The notes beneath the pieces were generated by a model, which ran no database searches, had not been told where the DNA came from, and saw nothing but the letters and a program-made list of their open reading frames with translations. The position numbers were made by a program, and so were the translations under genes. 64,000 nucleotides of DNA from assembly GCA_963809715.1 (NCBI GenBank), contig CAWEKO010000002.1, positions 189,665 through 253,664 of the forward strand, read 5' to 3'. The DNA comes from an uncultured Acidimicrobiaceae bacterium (GTDB taxonomy: Bacteria > Actinomycetota > Acidimicrobiia > Acidimicrobiales > RAAP-2). Positions 44,854 through 54,419 of the stretch are shown piece after piece. Position 1 is the first letter of the stretch, and the number at the start of each line of letters is the position of its first letter.

Positions 44854-46488
44854 CTAGCGGCCCAGGGCCGCGCCCTCGGGGCTGCGCGGGTCGGACGCGC
44901 CCAGGACATGTGACCTCCCGGCGACTGAGGTCACCGCGATGATCTGGGCGCAACCGACGGCGGTCGGGTCGAAGGCCCGGATGGCCTGGACCCGGTGCCC
45001 GCGCTCGCGCAGCCCTTCCATCCAGCCCGGCGGCGCGTCCGCCTCGGCCAGGACGGTCAGGTCGTCGCCCCACCACAGGCGGAACGGGCCGGCGGCCGGC
45101 GCGTCGAGGGACAGGCGTGGCGCCGAGACGGCCCGAGCCGGGTCCTGGCCGGCCCTGAGCATCCGGGCCAGCAGCTGGACGAGGATCTGCGGCTGCGCGT
45201 CGCCGCCCATGGCGCCGACGAGGTGGCTGAGAGAGCCGTCGGCCGACGTCACCAGCATGGGGGAGAGGGTGTGCGGGGGCCGCCGCCGCGGGCCGAGCTC
45301 GGCCGGGTGGCCCTCGACGAGCGAGAAGCCGACACCCCGGTTGTGGAGGAAGATGCCGGTCCTCGGCTCCAAGAGGTGCGAGCCGAAGTCCAGCGCGTTG
45401 GATTGGGTCAGCGACACCCCGAGGCCGTCGCCGTCGATGGCGCACAGGTGCGTGGTGTCCCCGTCGCCGACCCGGGCGACGGACGGGGCGATCGAGCCGG
45501 CACCGGGGGTGACGTCGGAGGGGGCGGCCCGGGCCGCCGAGATGCGGGCGGCGGCGGCGGCGAGCCGAGCCGGGTCGAGGAGGTCGGTCCCGTCGGCGCC
45601 GTCGAAGAGCACATCGGGACGGTCGTGCCCGACGGCGCGCCAGGACTCGACCATCAGGTGGGCCCAGGCCGGGTCGTCGGGGTCGGTGCCCAGCCCGGCC
45701 GCCTCGGCCACGGCGGCGCCGGCCAGGGTCAGGTAGCCCTGTGAGGGCGCGGGCACCGTCCACAGCTCGTGGCCCCAGGCGCGCGTGCGCAGGGGATCGC
45801 ACCATTCGGCCACGGACGTGTCGAAGTCCCCCGGCGCGAAGTGCCCGGCGCCCAGGTCCAACAGTCCCCGTCCGAACTCGCCTCCGTAGAAGCCGGACCG
45901 CCCTTCCGCCGCCAGGGCGCGCAGCGTGCGGGCGATGCCGGGCAGACGCACCTGCTGCCCGATGTCGAGCGGGCCGTCCGGGCAGAGCTCGCCGGCCCCC
46001 GGGAGGGCGTGGACCAGGTTGCTGGCCAGGGCCAGCATGATCGAGGCCGGGAAGCCGTCGGCGGCCAGCTCGATCGCCGGGGCCAGCACGTCGGCCCAGG
46101 CCAGACGGCCGTAGCGCTCGTGCAGGGCCAACCAGCCGTCGACGGCGCCCGGCACCTCCACGCTGCGGATGTCACCCCGCAGCGGCATGGTGCCCAGCCC
46201 CTCCGCCCGCATCCGCGCCGGGTCGGACCCCGATCCGGCGCGGCCCACGCCGAGCAGGGCCTCGGGCGCCCTTCCGGGGGCGCAGATCATGGCCAGCATG
46301 TCCCCGCCCAGCCCGCAGAGGTGCGGCCCCACGACCGCCATGGCGGCGGCGGTGGCGACGGCGGCATCGGCGCCCGAACCGCCCTGGGCCAGGACGCTGA
46401 TCCCGGCCGACACGGCGAGCTGATCGGCGGCGGACACCAGACCACGCGCACCCGTGCGCGACGCGAAAGGAGCGAGAGGCAGGCTCAT
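44854..46488 (-). CDS. ggt: gamma-glutamyltransferase family protein
   Basis: GGSGADAAVATAAAMAVVGPHLCGLGGD, and the autoprocessing site context GDTTHLCAIDGDGLGVSLTQSN. The start lies 1 nt after the upstream stop. Confidence 0.88.
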   Translation of the reverse strand: MSLPLAPFASRTGARGLVSAADQLAVSAGISVLAQGGSGADAAVATAAAMAVVGPHLCGLGGDMLAMICAPGRAPEALLGVGRAGSGSDPARMRAEGLGTMPLRGDIRSVEVPGAVDGWLALHERYGRLAWADVLAPAIELAADGFPASIMLALASNLVHALPGAGELCPDGPLDIGQQVRLPGIARTLRALAAEGRSGFYGGEFGRGLLDLGAGHFAPGDFDTSVAEWCDPLRTRAWGHELWTVPAPSQGYLTLAGAAVAEAAGLGTDPDDPAWAHLMVESWRAVGHDRPDVLFDGADGTDLLDPARLAAAAARISAARAAPSDVTPGAGSIAPSVARVGDGDTTHLCAIDGDGLGVSLTQSNALDFGSHLLEPRTGIFLHNRGVGFSLVEGHPAELGPRRRPPHTLSPMLVTSADGSLSHLVGAMGGDAQPQILVQLLARMLRAGQDPARAVSAPRLSLDAPAAGPFRLWWGDDLTVLAEADAPPGWMEGLRERGHRVQAIRAFDPTAVGCAQIIAVTSVAGRSHVLGASDPRSPEGAALGR

Positions 46489-46489
46489 C

Positions 46490-47575
46490 TCAGAGGACGA
46501 CCACGGAGCGCAGCACCTCGCCCCGCTCCATGCGGCTGAAGGCCCCCTCGACGCCGTCGATGCCGATCGTCTCGGTGACGAACCGGTCGAGGTCGAGGCG
46601 ACCCTCGAGATAGAGGTCGACGAGCATCGGGAAGTCCCGTGACGGCAGGCAGTCGCCGTACCAGCTCGGCTTGAGCTGACCGCCGCGCCCGAAGAATTCG
46701 ATCATGGGCAGGTCGATCTTCATGTCGGGCGTCGGCACACCGACCTGGACCAGGGTGCCGGCCAGGTCACGGGCGAAGAAGGCCTGTTCCATCACCTTCG
46801 GATTGCCCACCGCCTCGATGCACACGTCGGCGCCGTTGCCGCCGGTGACCGAACGGATGGCCTCGACCGGGTCCGACGCGCCGGCGTCGACCGTGTGGGT
46901 GGCGCCGAACTCGCGGGCCAGCTCGAGCTTCTTCGGGTCGAGATCGACGGCGATGATGACGGCCGCCCCGGCCAACGTCGCCCCGGCGATGGCGGCACAG
47001 CCGACGCCGCCGCAGCCGAAGACGGCGACCGAATCGCCCAGTCCGACGTTCCCGGTGAACATTGCCGCGCCGAGACCGGCCATCACGCCGCACCCGAGCA
47101 GGCCCGCCGCCTCGGGCTTGGCCGCCGGGTTCACCTTGGTGCACTGCCCGGCGGCGACCAGCGTCTTGTCGGCGAAGGCACCGATGCCCAGGGCCGGGGA
47201 GAGGGGCGTCCCGTCGGCCAGCGTCATCTTCTGGGTCGCGTTGTGCGTGGAGAAGCAGTACCAGGGTCGGCCGCGCCGGCAGGCCCGGCACTCGCCGCAC
47301 ACGGCGCGCCAGTTGAGCACGACGAAGTCGCCGGGCTGCAGGTCACCCGAGTCGGGTCCGACCGACTCGACGACACCCGCGGCCTCGTGGCCGAGGAGGA
47401 AGGGAAAGTCGTCGTTGATACCGCCCTCGCGGTAGTGCAGGTCGGTGTGGCAGACGCCGCAGGCCTGGACCGCGACGACGGCCTCCCCGGGCCCGGGGTC
47501 CGGTACGACGATCGTCTCGAGGCTGACCGGCGCGCCCTTGGACTTGGCCACCACCCCGCGCACTTCCTGTCCCAT
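46490..47575 (-). CDS. class III zinc alcohol dehydrogenase (S-(hydroxymethyl)mycothiol/glutathione dehydrogenase-like)
   Basis: [42 protein letters not shown] and [14 protein letters not shown]. Confidence 0.88.
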   Translation of the reverse strand: MGQEVRGVVAKSKGAPVSLETIVVPDPGPGEAVVAVQACGVCHTDLHYREGGINDDFPFLLGHEAAGVVESVGPDSGDLQPGDFVVLNWRAVCGECRACRRGRPWYCFSTHNATQKMTLADGTPLSPALGIGAFADKTLVAAGQCTKVNPAAKPEAAGLLGCGVMAGLGAAMFTGNVGLGDSVAVFGCGGVGCAAIAGATLAGAAVIIAVDLDPKKLELAREFGATHTVDAGASDPVEAIRSVTGGNGADVCIEAVGNPKVMEQAFFARDLAGTLVQVGVPTPDMKIDLPMIEFFGRGGQLKPSWYGDCLPSRDFPMLVDLYLEGRLDLDRFVTETIGIDGVEGAFSRMERGEVLRSVVVL

Positions 47576-47620
47576 GCAGGCTCCTCCTGGTCGACGAGTC
47601 CACATGATGCCCGATCGGAC

Positions 47621-48055
47621 TCAGGCGGGCGGGCTGAACATGCAGAAGGGGTGGCCGTCGAGGTCGGCGTACACGTAGAGCGGCTCTGCGGGGTCGTCGA
47701 AGCGGTCCTCCAAGACTCGTGCCCCGAGGGCCAGGGCGCGGGCGTGCTGAACGGCGAGGGCGCCGGGGTCGGGCAGGAAGAGGTCGAGGTGCAGTTGCTG
47801 GGGCCGTTCGGTGCCGGGCCAGGTCGAGGGAGGCAGCGACTCCACCTGCTGCAAGGCGAGGTGGGGACCGCCCGCCGGATTTTCGAGAACCAGCCAGTCC
47901 CGGGCCTCGGGGTCGTCCTCACCCTCGGGGGGCATTTCGGAACCGGCCCGATAGGTGAACCCCAACAGCTGGCGGTAGAACTCGGCGGCGGCGCGGGCGT
48001 TGGTGCTGTCGACCGCAATGCCGCGCAGGGTGGGGAAGGTCTGTTCGGTGGTCAT
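47621..48055 (-). CDS. VOC / glyoxalase family protein
   Basis: LRGIAVDSTNARAAAEFYRQLLGF and YADLDGHPFCMF. Start at ATG 48055. Confidence 0.75.
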   Translation of the reverse strand: MTTEQTFPTLRGIAVDSTNARAAAEFYRQLLGFTYRAGSEMPPEGEDDPEARDWLVLENPAGGPHLALQQVESLPPSTWPGTERPQQLHLDLFLPDPGALAVQHARALALGARVLEDRFDDPAEPLYVYADLDGHPFCMFSPPA

Positions 48056-48319
48056 GGCGTCATCAAACCACGGGCCTGTGTCGGTCGGGATGGCCAGGGG
48101 AGTTCCTCGACGGCCTGCGCGGCGGTACGCCCCTGTTCGCGTGTCATGCCTCGCACCTGGGGAAGGGCCTGAGCGATGCACGCGACGCGTCGCTCGACTG
48201 CGGCGCGCAAGCGGAGGAGGGACAGCGGTCCGGCTCGCGTGCCCCAGGTGCACGACGAGCGTCGGCAGGGCCGTTTCGCTGCCCCGCCCTGTTCACGACC
48301 GCCGCTTAGGGTGACCGGG

Positions 48320-49180
48320 ATGGCCCAGGCGTTCGTGGAGGTTCCGGACGGCTGGCGCCGGCGGAGCGGACGAGGCTTCGGGCCGTTCGTCACCCGTGAG
48401 ATCCTGAGGCGGCCCGACGGCACCCTGGTCACGTGGGAGTCCCGTTGGCACCGCAAACACCCCCAGCGCACGCCGTCCGGCTCGACCTGGTGGGCGCCCC
48501 GCGCCATGGCGTGGTGGATCGGTGTCCTGTTCGCCATCGGGTCGGTCTGTTTTGCCATCGGATCGTTCCCGGTCTACGCCACCGCGGTCGGGACCAACGC
48601 GGACGACCTCACCTACTTCATCGGTTCCATCTTCTTCACGACCGCCGCGTTCCTCCAGTACTACGAGTCGGCGACCACTCGAGCGGCCGTCGACCGCTCG
48701 TCGCGCCGAGGGTTCCGCTCCCTGTTCCGGGTGCAGCACCACCGCATCGACTGGTGGGCCAGTCTCATCCAGTTCGCCGGGACGCTCTGGTTCAACCGGA
48801 CGACCTTCGCTGCATTGGTGGTGGGGCTCGGCGCATCGGGCGATCACCACCAGATCTGGCGGCCCGACGCGCTGGGCTCGGTGTGCTTCCTCGTGGCCAG
48901 TTGGCTGGCCTGGGCGGAGGAATGCCACGGCTCCTTCGCCTGGCGCCCGTCGCACATCCCCTGGTGGATCACCCTGTTGAACCTGGTCGGATCGGTGGCC
49001 TTCGGGGTCTCGGCCATCGCCTCCTACGTCAAGCCCAACGGGCAGCTGGTCAGCCTCGCCCTCACCAATCTGGGGACGTTCGTCGGCGCCCTGTGTTTCC
49101 TGGCTGGCGCCCTCCTTCTCCTCCCCGAGCGGACGATGGCGAGCCCGGCGCCCGAGCCGGAGCCGGCGCTCTCGGGGTGA
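48320..49180 (+). CDS. integral membrane protein of unknown function
   Basis: About six hydrophobic helices with recurring GS-x-x-F motifs (GSVCFAIGSF, GSIFFTTAAF, GSVCFLVASW, GSVAFGVSAI). Start at ATG 48320. Confidence 0.6.
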   Translation: MAQAFVEVPDGWRRRSGRGFGPFVTREILRRPDGTLVTWESRWHRKHPQRTPSGSTWWAPRAMAWWIGVLFAIGSVCFAIGSFPVYATAVGTNADDLTYFIGSIFFTTAAFLQYYESATTRAAVDRSSRRGFRSLFRVQHHRIDWWASLIQFAGTLWFNRTTFAALVVGLGASGDHHQIWRPDALGSVCFLVASWLAWAEECHGSFAWRPSHIPWWITLLNLVGSVAFGVSAIASYVKPNGQLVSLALTNLGTFVGALCFLAGALLLLPERTMASPAPEPEPALSG

Positions 49181-49295
49181 TCCGTCGATCGTGGTGTCGA
49201 GCGTAAGCGGACGGTCGCGGGACAGTGTCGAGATCGACGGGCTGCCCCGACCCATCGGAGATCCCACTGATCACGTCGTTTGCTCGACCTGGGAG

Positions 49296-50229
49296 TCACC
49301 CGTCGTGGCGCAGGAGCTCTATGACTGGACCAAATTCCTCGACCGAGCGCACGCTGTAGTAGCTGATGCCCCAGCGTTCCCGGCACCGGATCAGATGCTC
49401 GGCGATCTCATCGTGAGTGCCGATGCAGAGGTAGGGCGTCGCCAAGATGTCCTCGACCGTCATCGCCGTGCGCCGTGCGACCTCGGCCGCCCGCTGGCGC
49501 CGGTCCGGCGTCACGATGACCTGCTGCACCAGCGAATGGATCTCCAGAGAGGGCCATCGAGTGCCGGCGGCGTTCCGCACGGATTCGACGGTTCGATCCA
49601 GCCGATCCGCCTCCCACCGCACCGCGTGGTGCTGGCCGTCGGCCAGGGTCCGGCCCACCATCGTCGGCGCCACGATGTCGGCATGGCGCGCCGCGTGGGA
49701 CAGCGCCGTCGACCCGTTCACGCCGACGAGGAGTGGAACATGGGGCTGACGGGCGCGCAGGGTCGTGGCACCTTCGAGCGTGTAGTACCGCCCCTGCGTC
49801 GTCACCGACATCCCGTCGAGGAGCGCGGCGCAGGATTTCCACCGCTTCGGCCAATCGTTTCTTGCGCGCCGCGGCTGTGTGGAATTGGAGTCCCATGGCC
49901 TGGTACTCGGTGAAGGAGTGCCCGGCACCGATGCCAACCTCAAGTCGTCCACCGCTCAGGTGGTCGAGGGTCGCCAGCTCCTGGGCCAAGGTCACCGGGT
50001 GACGCAGGTCGTTGTTCAGCACGAGCGTCCCGAGGCGCATGTGTGTCACCCCGGAAACGGCGGCCAGCGTCAGTAAGGGCGACGGTTCCGCTCCGACGTG
50101 ATCACCGACCTGGAACACGTCGAAGCCGGCCTGCTCCGCCCGTCGCGCCTCCTCGAGTACCTGCGCCGGGTCGTCGGTGGTCGACTGGTAGCCGAATCGG
50201 AACGACCGCACCACGAGGACCCTACCCAA
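49296..50229 (-). pseudogene. LLM class F420-dependent oxidoreductase, frameshifted
   Basis: Frame A reads FRFGYQ...GFDVFQVGDHV...LGTLVLNNDLRHP...RLEVGIGAGH...RLAEAVEILR. Frame B reads ALLDGMSVTTQGRYYTLEG...PLLVGVNG...YLCIGTHDEIAEHL. One extra C near 49824-49830 separates them. Confidence 0.7.
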
Positions 50230-50314
50230 CGCACCGTGCGTCGGGACCGGAGGCCGTCGCGAGGACCTACCCTGGCGTCACCGGTGCCGCGAGTCGGCCC
50301 GGAGAGGAGTCGTG

Positions 50315-50689
50315 ATGCTTCAGAAGCTCGAGAGTCCCGCCAACGTCTGTGCCGTCGAGGTGGTGGGCAAGCTCGAGAAGGCCGACTACGACACGGCACT
50401 GCTGCCGGCGCTGCGCCAGCAGATCGAGGGAGTGGGCGAGATCCGCCTCGTGCTCTTCTTCGGTGACCGCTACGAGGGTCTCACCATCGGCGGCAACCTC
50501 GCCGACGCCAAGCTCTACGTGAGCGAGTTGTTCCACCACGAGCTCTCCAAGTGGACGCGCTGCGCCGTGGTCACCGACGAGTCGTGGTTGCGCCACGCGA
50601 TCAGCATGTTCCGCTTCATGATGCCCGGCGACGTCGAGTGCTTCGAGCCGTCCGACCTCGAGGCGGCGATCGCCTGGGCTGCGGCCTGA
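50315..50689 (+). CDS. STAS/SpoIIAA-like (DUF3478-type) protein
   Basis: VVGKLEKADYDTALLPAL...IRLVLFF...KWTRCAVVTDESWLRHA pattern. GGAGAGGAG RBS. Confidence 0.62.
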   Translation: MLQKLESPANVCAVEVVGKLEKADYDTALLPALRQQIEGVGEIRLVLFFGDRYEGLTIGGNLADAKLYVSELFHHELSKWTRCAVVTDESWLRHAISMFRFMMPGDVECFEPSDLEAAIAWAAA

Positions 50690-50705
50690 TCTCCTCCTCG
50701 TCGGC

Positions 50706-50927
50706 TCAGGGCCCGGGCGCCCGCTTGCGTCCCCGATAGGTGCTGGCGAAGAGGAAGCCGGCCGCTGCCAGCGGCAGGACGATCGCCGCCACGATCCGGT
50801 TCCCCGCCAGCAGGAACGCCAGCCCCACGAGCGCCGCGGTGGCCACCGCCAGTTCCGGGGTGTCACCGACCAGGAAGTCCCACCAAAACAGGCCGAAGGC
50901 CCGGAGGAGACGAACGACCGTGCTCAC
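50706..50927 (-). CDS. small two-TM membrane protein
   Basis: VSTVVRLLRAFGLFWWDFLVGDTPELAVATAALVGLAFLLAG.... GTG 50927 overlaps the upstream stop (GTGA). Confidence 0.5.
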   Translation of the reverse strand: MSTVVRLLRAFGLFWWDFLVGDTPELAVATAALVGLAFLLAGNRIVAAIVLPLAAAGFLFASTYRGRKRAPGP

Positions 50928-51688
50928 GCCGACGCCTCCTCGTGCAGTGGTTCGGGGAGGCGCGTGCGCATGAACGCAGTGAAGGCGAAGTACACCACTG
51001 TGAAGTACGCCACCAACACCGGGATGAACAGGTCCTCGCCCGGCCACGCCACTCCGGCACCCTCGCCCGTCCAGAACAGCCCAAAGCTGCAGAGCATGAC
51101 GCCGACGACGGTCTTGATCGTGTTCTCAGGGACCTCGCTCAGCTGGCGGGCCACCACCAGGCCGGCGATGGCGACCACCACGAGTGCCGCGGCCGCAGCC
51201 AGGGCGGCCAGCCCCAGCCGGTGCTGGGCGGTGCCGAGGCTGATCACGATCAGCACCACCTCGGTCCCTTCCAGGAAGACACCCTTGAAGGCCACGGCAA
51301 AGCCGACACCGTCGTACCCTCGACGCGCCGCAGCGGGATCCTCACCCAACTCGGACACCGTCTCGGCGTAGATCTCGTCTTCGTCGTGCAGGGCCTTGTG
51401 CCCACTGGCGCGCAGGATGGCCTTGCGCAGCCACCCCAGACCGAGCACCAGAAGGAGCGCACCGACGATGACCCGGAGCGTGTCGATCGGCACGTAGTGC
51501 AGGAGCGGCACGCCGACGGCGAGCACGAGCACACCGAGGACGAGGGCAGCGGCTCCGGCGCCGAGGAACGCGGAACGCCAGCCCCGGCTGACGCCGGCCG
51601 CCACCACGATGGTGAGGGCCTCGACCATCTCGACCAGGCTGGCCCCGAAGACGGCGATGACGAGGACGATGGTCGACGAGGTGTGCAT
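50924..51688 (-). CDS. integral membrane protein (COG4280-like, two-repeat architecture)
   Basis: SLVEMVEALTIVVAAG in the first half and FLEGTEVVLIVISLG in the second half suggest an internal duplication of an E-x-x-E/T TM motif. Confidence 0.68.
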   Translation of the reverse strand: MHTSSTIVLVIAVFGASLVEMVEALTIVVAAGVSRGWRSAFLGAGAAALVLGVLVLAVGVPLLHYVPIDTLRVIVGALLLVLGLGWLRKAILRASGHKALHDEDEIYAETVSELGEDPAAARRGYDGVGFAVAFKGVFLEGTEVVLIVISLGTAQHRLGLAALAAAAALVVVAIAGLVVARQLSEVPENTIKTVVGVMLCSFGLFWTGEGAGVAWPGEDLFIPVLVAYFTVVYFAFTAFMRTRLPEPLHEEASA

Positions 51689-51797
51689 GACGATCGAGAC
51701 GAGAAATTACCGGGTATCGCCGATGGGGTTCGCCCGGCAGGGCAGGGCTAGTCTTCGGCAGCGTGACCAGGGGATTCTGCTAGGGAGGGTGGTCGAA

Positions 51798-53156
51798 ATG
51801 GGTCAGGGAACACAGGTGGAGAATCTTCGGGGCCGCAACTACCTCGTCGTCTCGGCCGATACCCACGCGTCGCCCGACAGCCTCGAGCACTTCCTCTCCT
51901 ATGTCGACCCCGCGCAACGCGAGGCGGTGGCGGCGTTCGGCGACCTGTCCTCCCTCGCTATCTCCATGTTCGGCGGGTTCGATCCCGGCGAGGTGGACGA
52001 GTCCGATCCGGTCCGGGCCACCGCGGCCCGACGGTTGGCCGGCATGGGCGTCGACACTGACGCAGCCGAGGGATGGCTGGCCCACTACGGGGCGGACTGG
52101 GTGGTGCCGGGCGACGGCGACGGCCGCCGTCTGGAGGTCCTCGAGGAGCAGGGCATTCACGCCGAAGTCACTCTGCCCGGGCCCATTTTGGCCGGCGGGC
52201 TGTCGCCCGCCATGTATCTCGGCGGCCACAGCGACAAAGGCCTCGAGGTGGTCTGGCCGGCCTTGCACGGCTACATGCGTTGGCTGGTCGAGTTCTGCGC
52301 GGCCGCACCGGGCCGCCGCGCCGGCTGCATGCCCATCGACTTCCACGATATGGACCGGGCCGTGCAAGAAGTGGCGTGGGCCCGGGACAACGGCATTTTC
52401 GGTGGCGTCATGTTGCCCGCCATGCAGGTGACATCGAGGCTCCCCGGATACGCCGACGATTACTACGAGCCGTTCTGGAGTGCCTGCGAGGAGCACGGCA
52501 TGGTCGTCAACCTGCACACCGGAGCGTCCGGTTCGGCCACCGACTCGAAGTTCCTCTACGACAGCGTGCACGGCGGCATGCTCGGCCTCTACGAAGTCTT
52601 CGTCTTCACCCGCCGGCCCCTGTGGTTCATGATCTTCGGCGGCGTCTTCGACCGCCACCCCGACCTCAAGGTGGTCGTGACCGAGAACGGCGTGCAGTGG
52701 CTGCCGTCCCTCATCCGCGACATGGAGTCGTTCTTCGACACCCACGGTGGCGCGCCGGTGCGCAACTACCTGAAGATGCGGCCCGCGGACTATTTCGAGA
52801 AGCACGTCTGGATGGGCGGCTCGCTCATGAAGCGCTACGAGGCCGAGATGCGCCACGAGATCGGTATCGACAAGCTCATGTGGGGCGCCGACTATCCCCA
52901 TCTCGAAGGCGCCGCCCCGGTGCACCGCCAGATCCTGCGCTACATCTTCGGCGGCATGCCCGAGGACGAGGTACGCAAGATGCTCGGCGCGAATGCCGTC
53001 GACCTGTGGGGCTTCGACGCCACGTTGCTCCAGGAGGTTGCGGACCGGGTCGGGCCGACCGTCGCCGATGTGGCCGAGCCCCTGGCGCTTTCCGACATCG
53101 AGGACACGTTCAGCTGGAGCCTGGCCCGTCCGGTGCCGCTGATCGCGGCGAGTTAG
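51798..53156 (+). CDS. amidohydrolase-2 (ACMSD-like) family metal-dependent hydrolase
   Basis: VVSADTHASPD, VVNLHTGASG and MWGADYPHLEG motifs. GGGAGGG RBS before ATG 51798. Confidence 0.83.
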   Translation: MGQGTQVENLRGRNYLVVSADTHASPDSLEHFLSYVDPAQREAVAAFGDLSSLAISMFGGFDPGEVDESDPVRATAARRLAGMGVDTDAAEGWLAHYGADWVVPGDGDGRRLEVLEEQGIHAEVTLPGPILAGGLSPAMYLGGHSDKGLEVVWPALHGYMRWLVEFCAAAPGRRAGCMPIDFHDMDRAVQEVAWARDNGIFGGVMLPAMQVTSRLPGYADDYYEPFWSACEEHGMVVNLHTGASGSATDSKFLYDSVHGGMLGLYEVFVFTRRPLWFMIFGGVFDRHPDLKVVVTENGVQWLPSLIRDMESFFDTHGGAPVRNYLKMRPADYFEKHVWMGGSLMKRYEAEMRHEIGIDKLMWGADYPHLEGAAPVHRQILRYIFGGMPEDEVRKMLGANAVDLWGFDATLLQEVADRVGPTVADVAEPLALSDIEDTFSWSLARPVPLIAAS

Positions 53157-53225
53157 GCGTGGCGTCCATCAACGTTGCAATGCGAGACCGCTCCGGGTGA
53201 GTCGCGGACGAAATGAAGGTGTCTC

Positions 53226-53674
53226 ATGGGCCGAGCCTCGGTGCTGTGCATGGGCCTCGTCACCGTGATGCTGGCGCCGACCCTCTCCTTCTCGTCGGCC
53301 AGCGCCGCGCCGACGACGCACGAGCCGCCCCTGTGTGCCGACACACTGCCTACACGGGCGACGGCGGGTACTTCTCACAGACCTTTTTCTTCTGGGAGCC
53401 GAACGACACCGTCACCGTCGACGTCCATTGGTGCTCGTCCGGCGGTGTCTTCACGTCGAAGACGGTGACGTCTACGACGACCATCCCGAACAGTCTCGAT
53501 CCCCGGATCACCGAGTCCGACGGTTTCAGCCGTGGCGGCTCGGTGCTCAAGGTGAGCGTCGGTGGTGACTACGAGAGCGGAGTGCTGAACAACGTGGGTT
53601 TCATCCTCCTCGTTGGCCACGTGTCGGCTGACGGGCATCGTCACTTCAAGAACCTCTCCGCTGCCGGGGGGTAG
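53226..53674 (+). pseudogene. small secreted protein of unknown function, apparently frameshifted after the signal peptide
   Basis: The 53226 frame gives MGRASVLCMGLVTVMLAPTLSFSSASA with near-uniform G/C third positions. The mature part, AYTGDGGYFSQTFFFWEPNDTVTVDVHWC..., is in the 53213 frame. The switch is near 53330-53345. Confidence 0.5.
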
Positions 53675-53834
53675 GCCGCCGGCCCTGGGGAGCCCGGCGA
53701 CCCGGTGCCACGTGGATCGGCAGCCCTCGCGCCGCCCCTGGTCGCGGGCTTGCGTCGGCAGAGCCGATGGCAGCCGCCGAAACAGGCGCCAGAATGGGAG
53801 CTGGAGACCGAACGGACCAACGACCGGGGGCATC

Positions 53835-54374
53835 GTGAGTGACAAGCACCTGTTGCGGGGTCAAGCGCCACCAGGCAAGGGGAGGGTACCGGGCAACGTG
53901 CCGGCGCCCAAGGCGGCCGGGCTGGACGCCCGGGCCAAATCCCTGGTGCTCACTCCCGTCCTTCTCGTAGCCACGCTGGGAATCGGTTGGCTGGTCTGGA
54001 GCGTCGCCGAATGGCGCCAGGGGCGCACCCCGAGCTACCGGCGTACCGGGCTGCGCGTCGTGCGCCTTTCCGACGGCCGCCCGATCGGCCTGTGGCGCTC
54101 CGTCTTGCGCGAACTCTGCGTCCTGCTGCTCCTCCTGCCCACCCTCGTCGTGTGCAGCGTGCTCGCCGTCGCCTTCGTGATGGGTGCATCGGCTCCCGAC
54201 GGCCTGTTGCGCAAACCGCGCGCCGCACCGTGGGACGTGCTGACCCGCACCGAGGTCGTCGACGAACTCGGCCGGGCCCGCGGTCGCACCAAGCTCAAGT
54301 TGGGCGAGGATTGGCCGATCGATCCCTCCCCGGCCCTGGTGCGCCGGAGCGGGGAGAAGTGGCGCCAGAACTGA
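53835..54374 (+). CDS. RDD family membrane protein
   Basis: LVLTPVLLVATLGIGWLVWSVAEWRQGRTPSYRRTGLRVVRLSDGRPIGLWRSVLRE. GTG 53835. Confidence 0.68.
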   Translation: MSDKHLLRGQAPPGKGRVPGNVPAPKAAGLDARAKSLVLTPVLLVATLGIGWLVWSVAEWRQGRTPSYRRTGLRVVRLSDGRPIGLWRSVLRELCVLLLLLPTLVVCSVLAVAFVMGASAPDGLLRKPRAAPWDVLTRTEVVDELGRARGRTKLKLGEDWPIDPSPALVRRSGEKWRQN

Positions 54375-54419
54375 AGGTCGTCTGCCGGGTTTCGTGACCG
54401 CGGCTTTGGCGCCCGGCGA

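Noticed and set aside
43463-45805. 780-aa minus-strand ORF spanning MFS and GGT
   Set aside because: It is an alternative frame of two real genes. It is extremely Arg/Pro/His-rich, and it would bridge the 120-nt intergenic gap.
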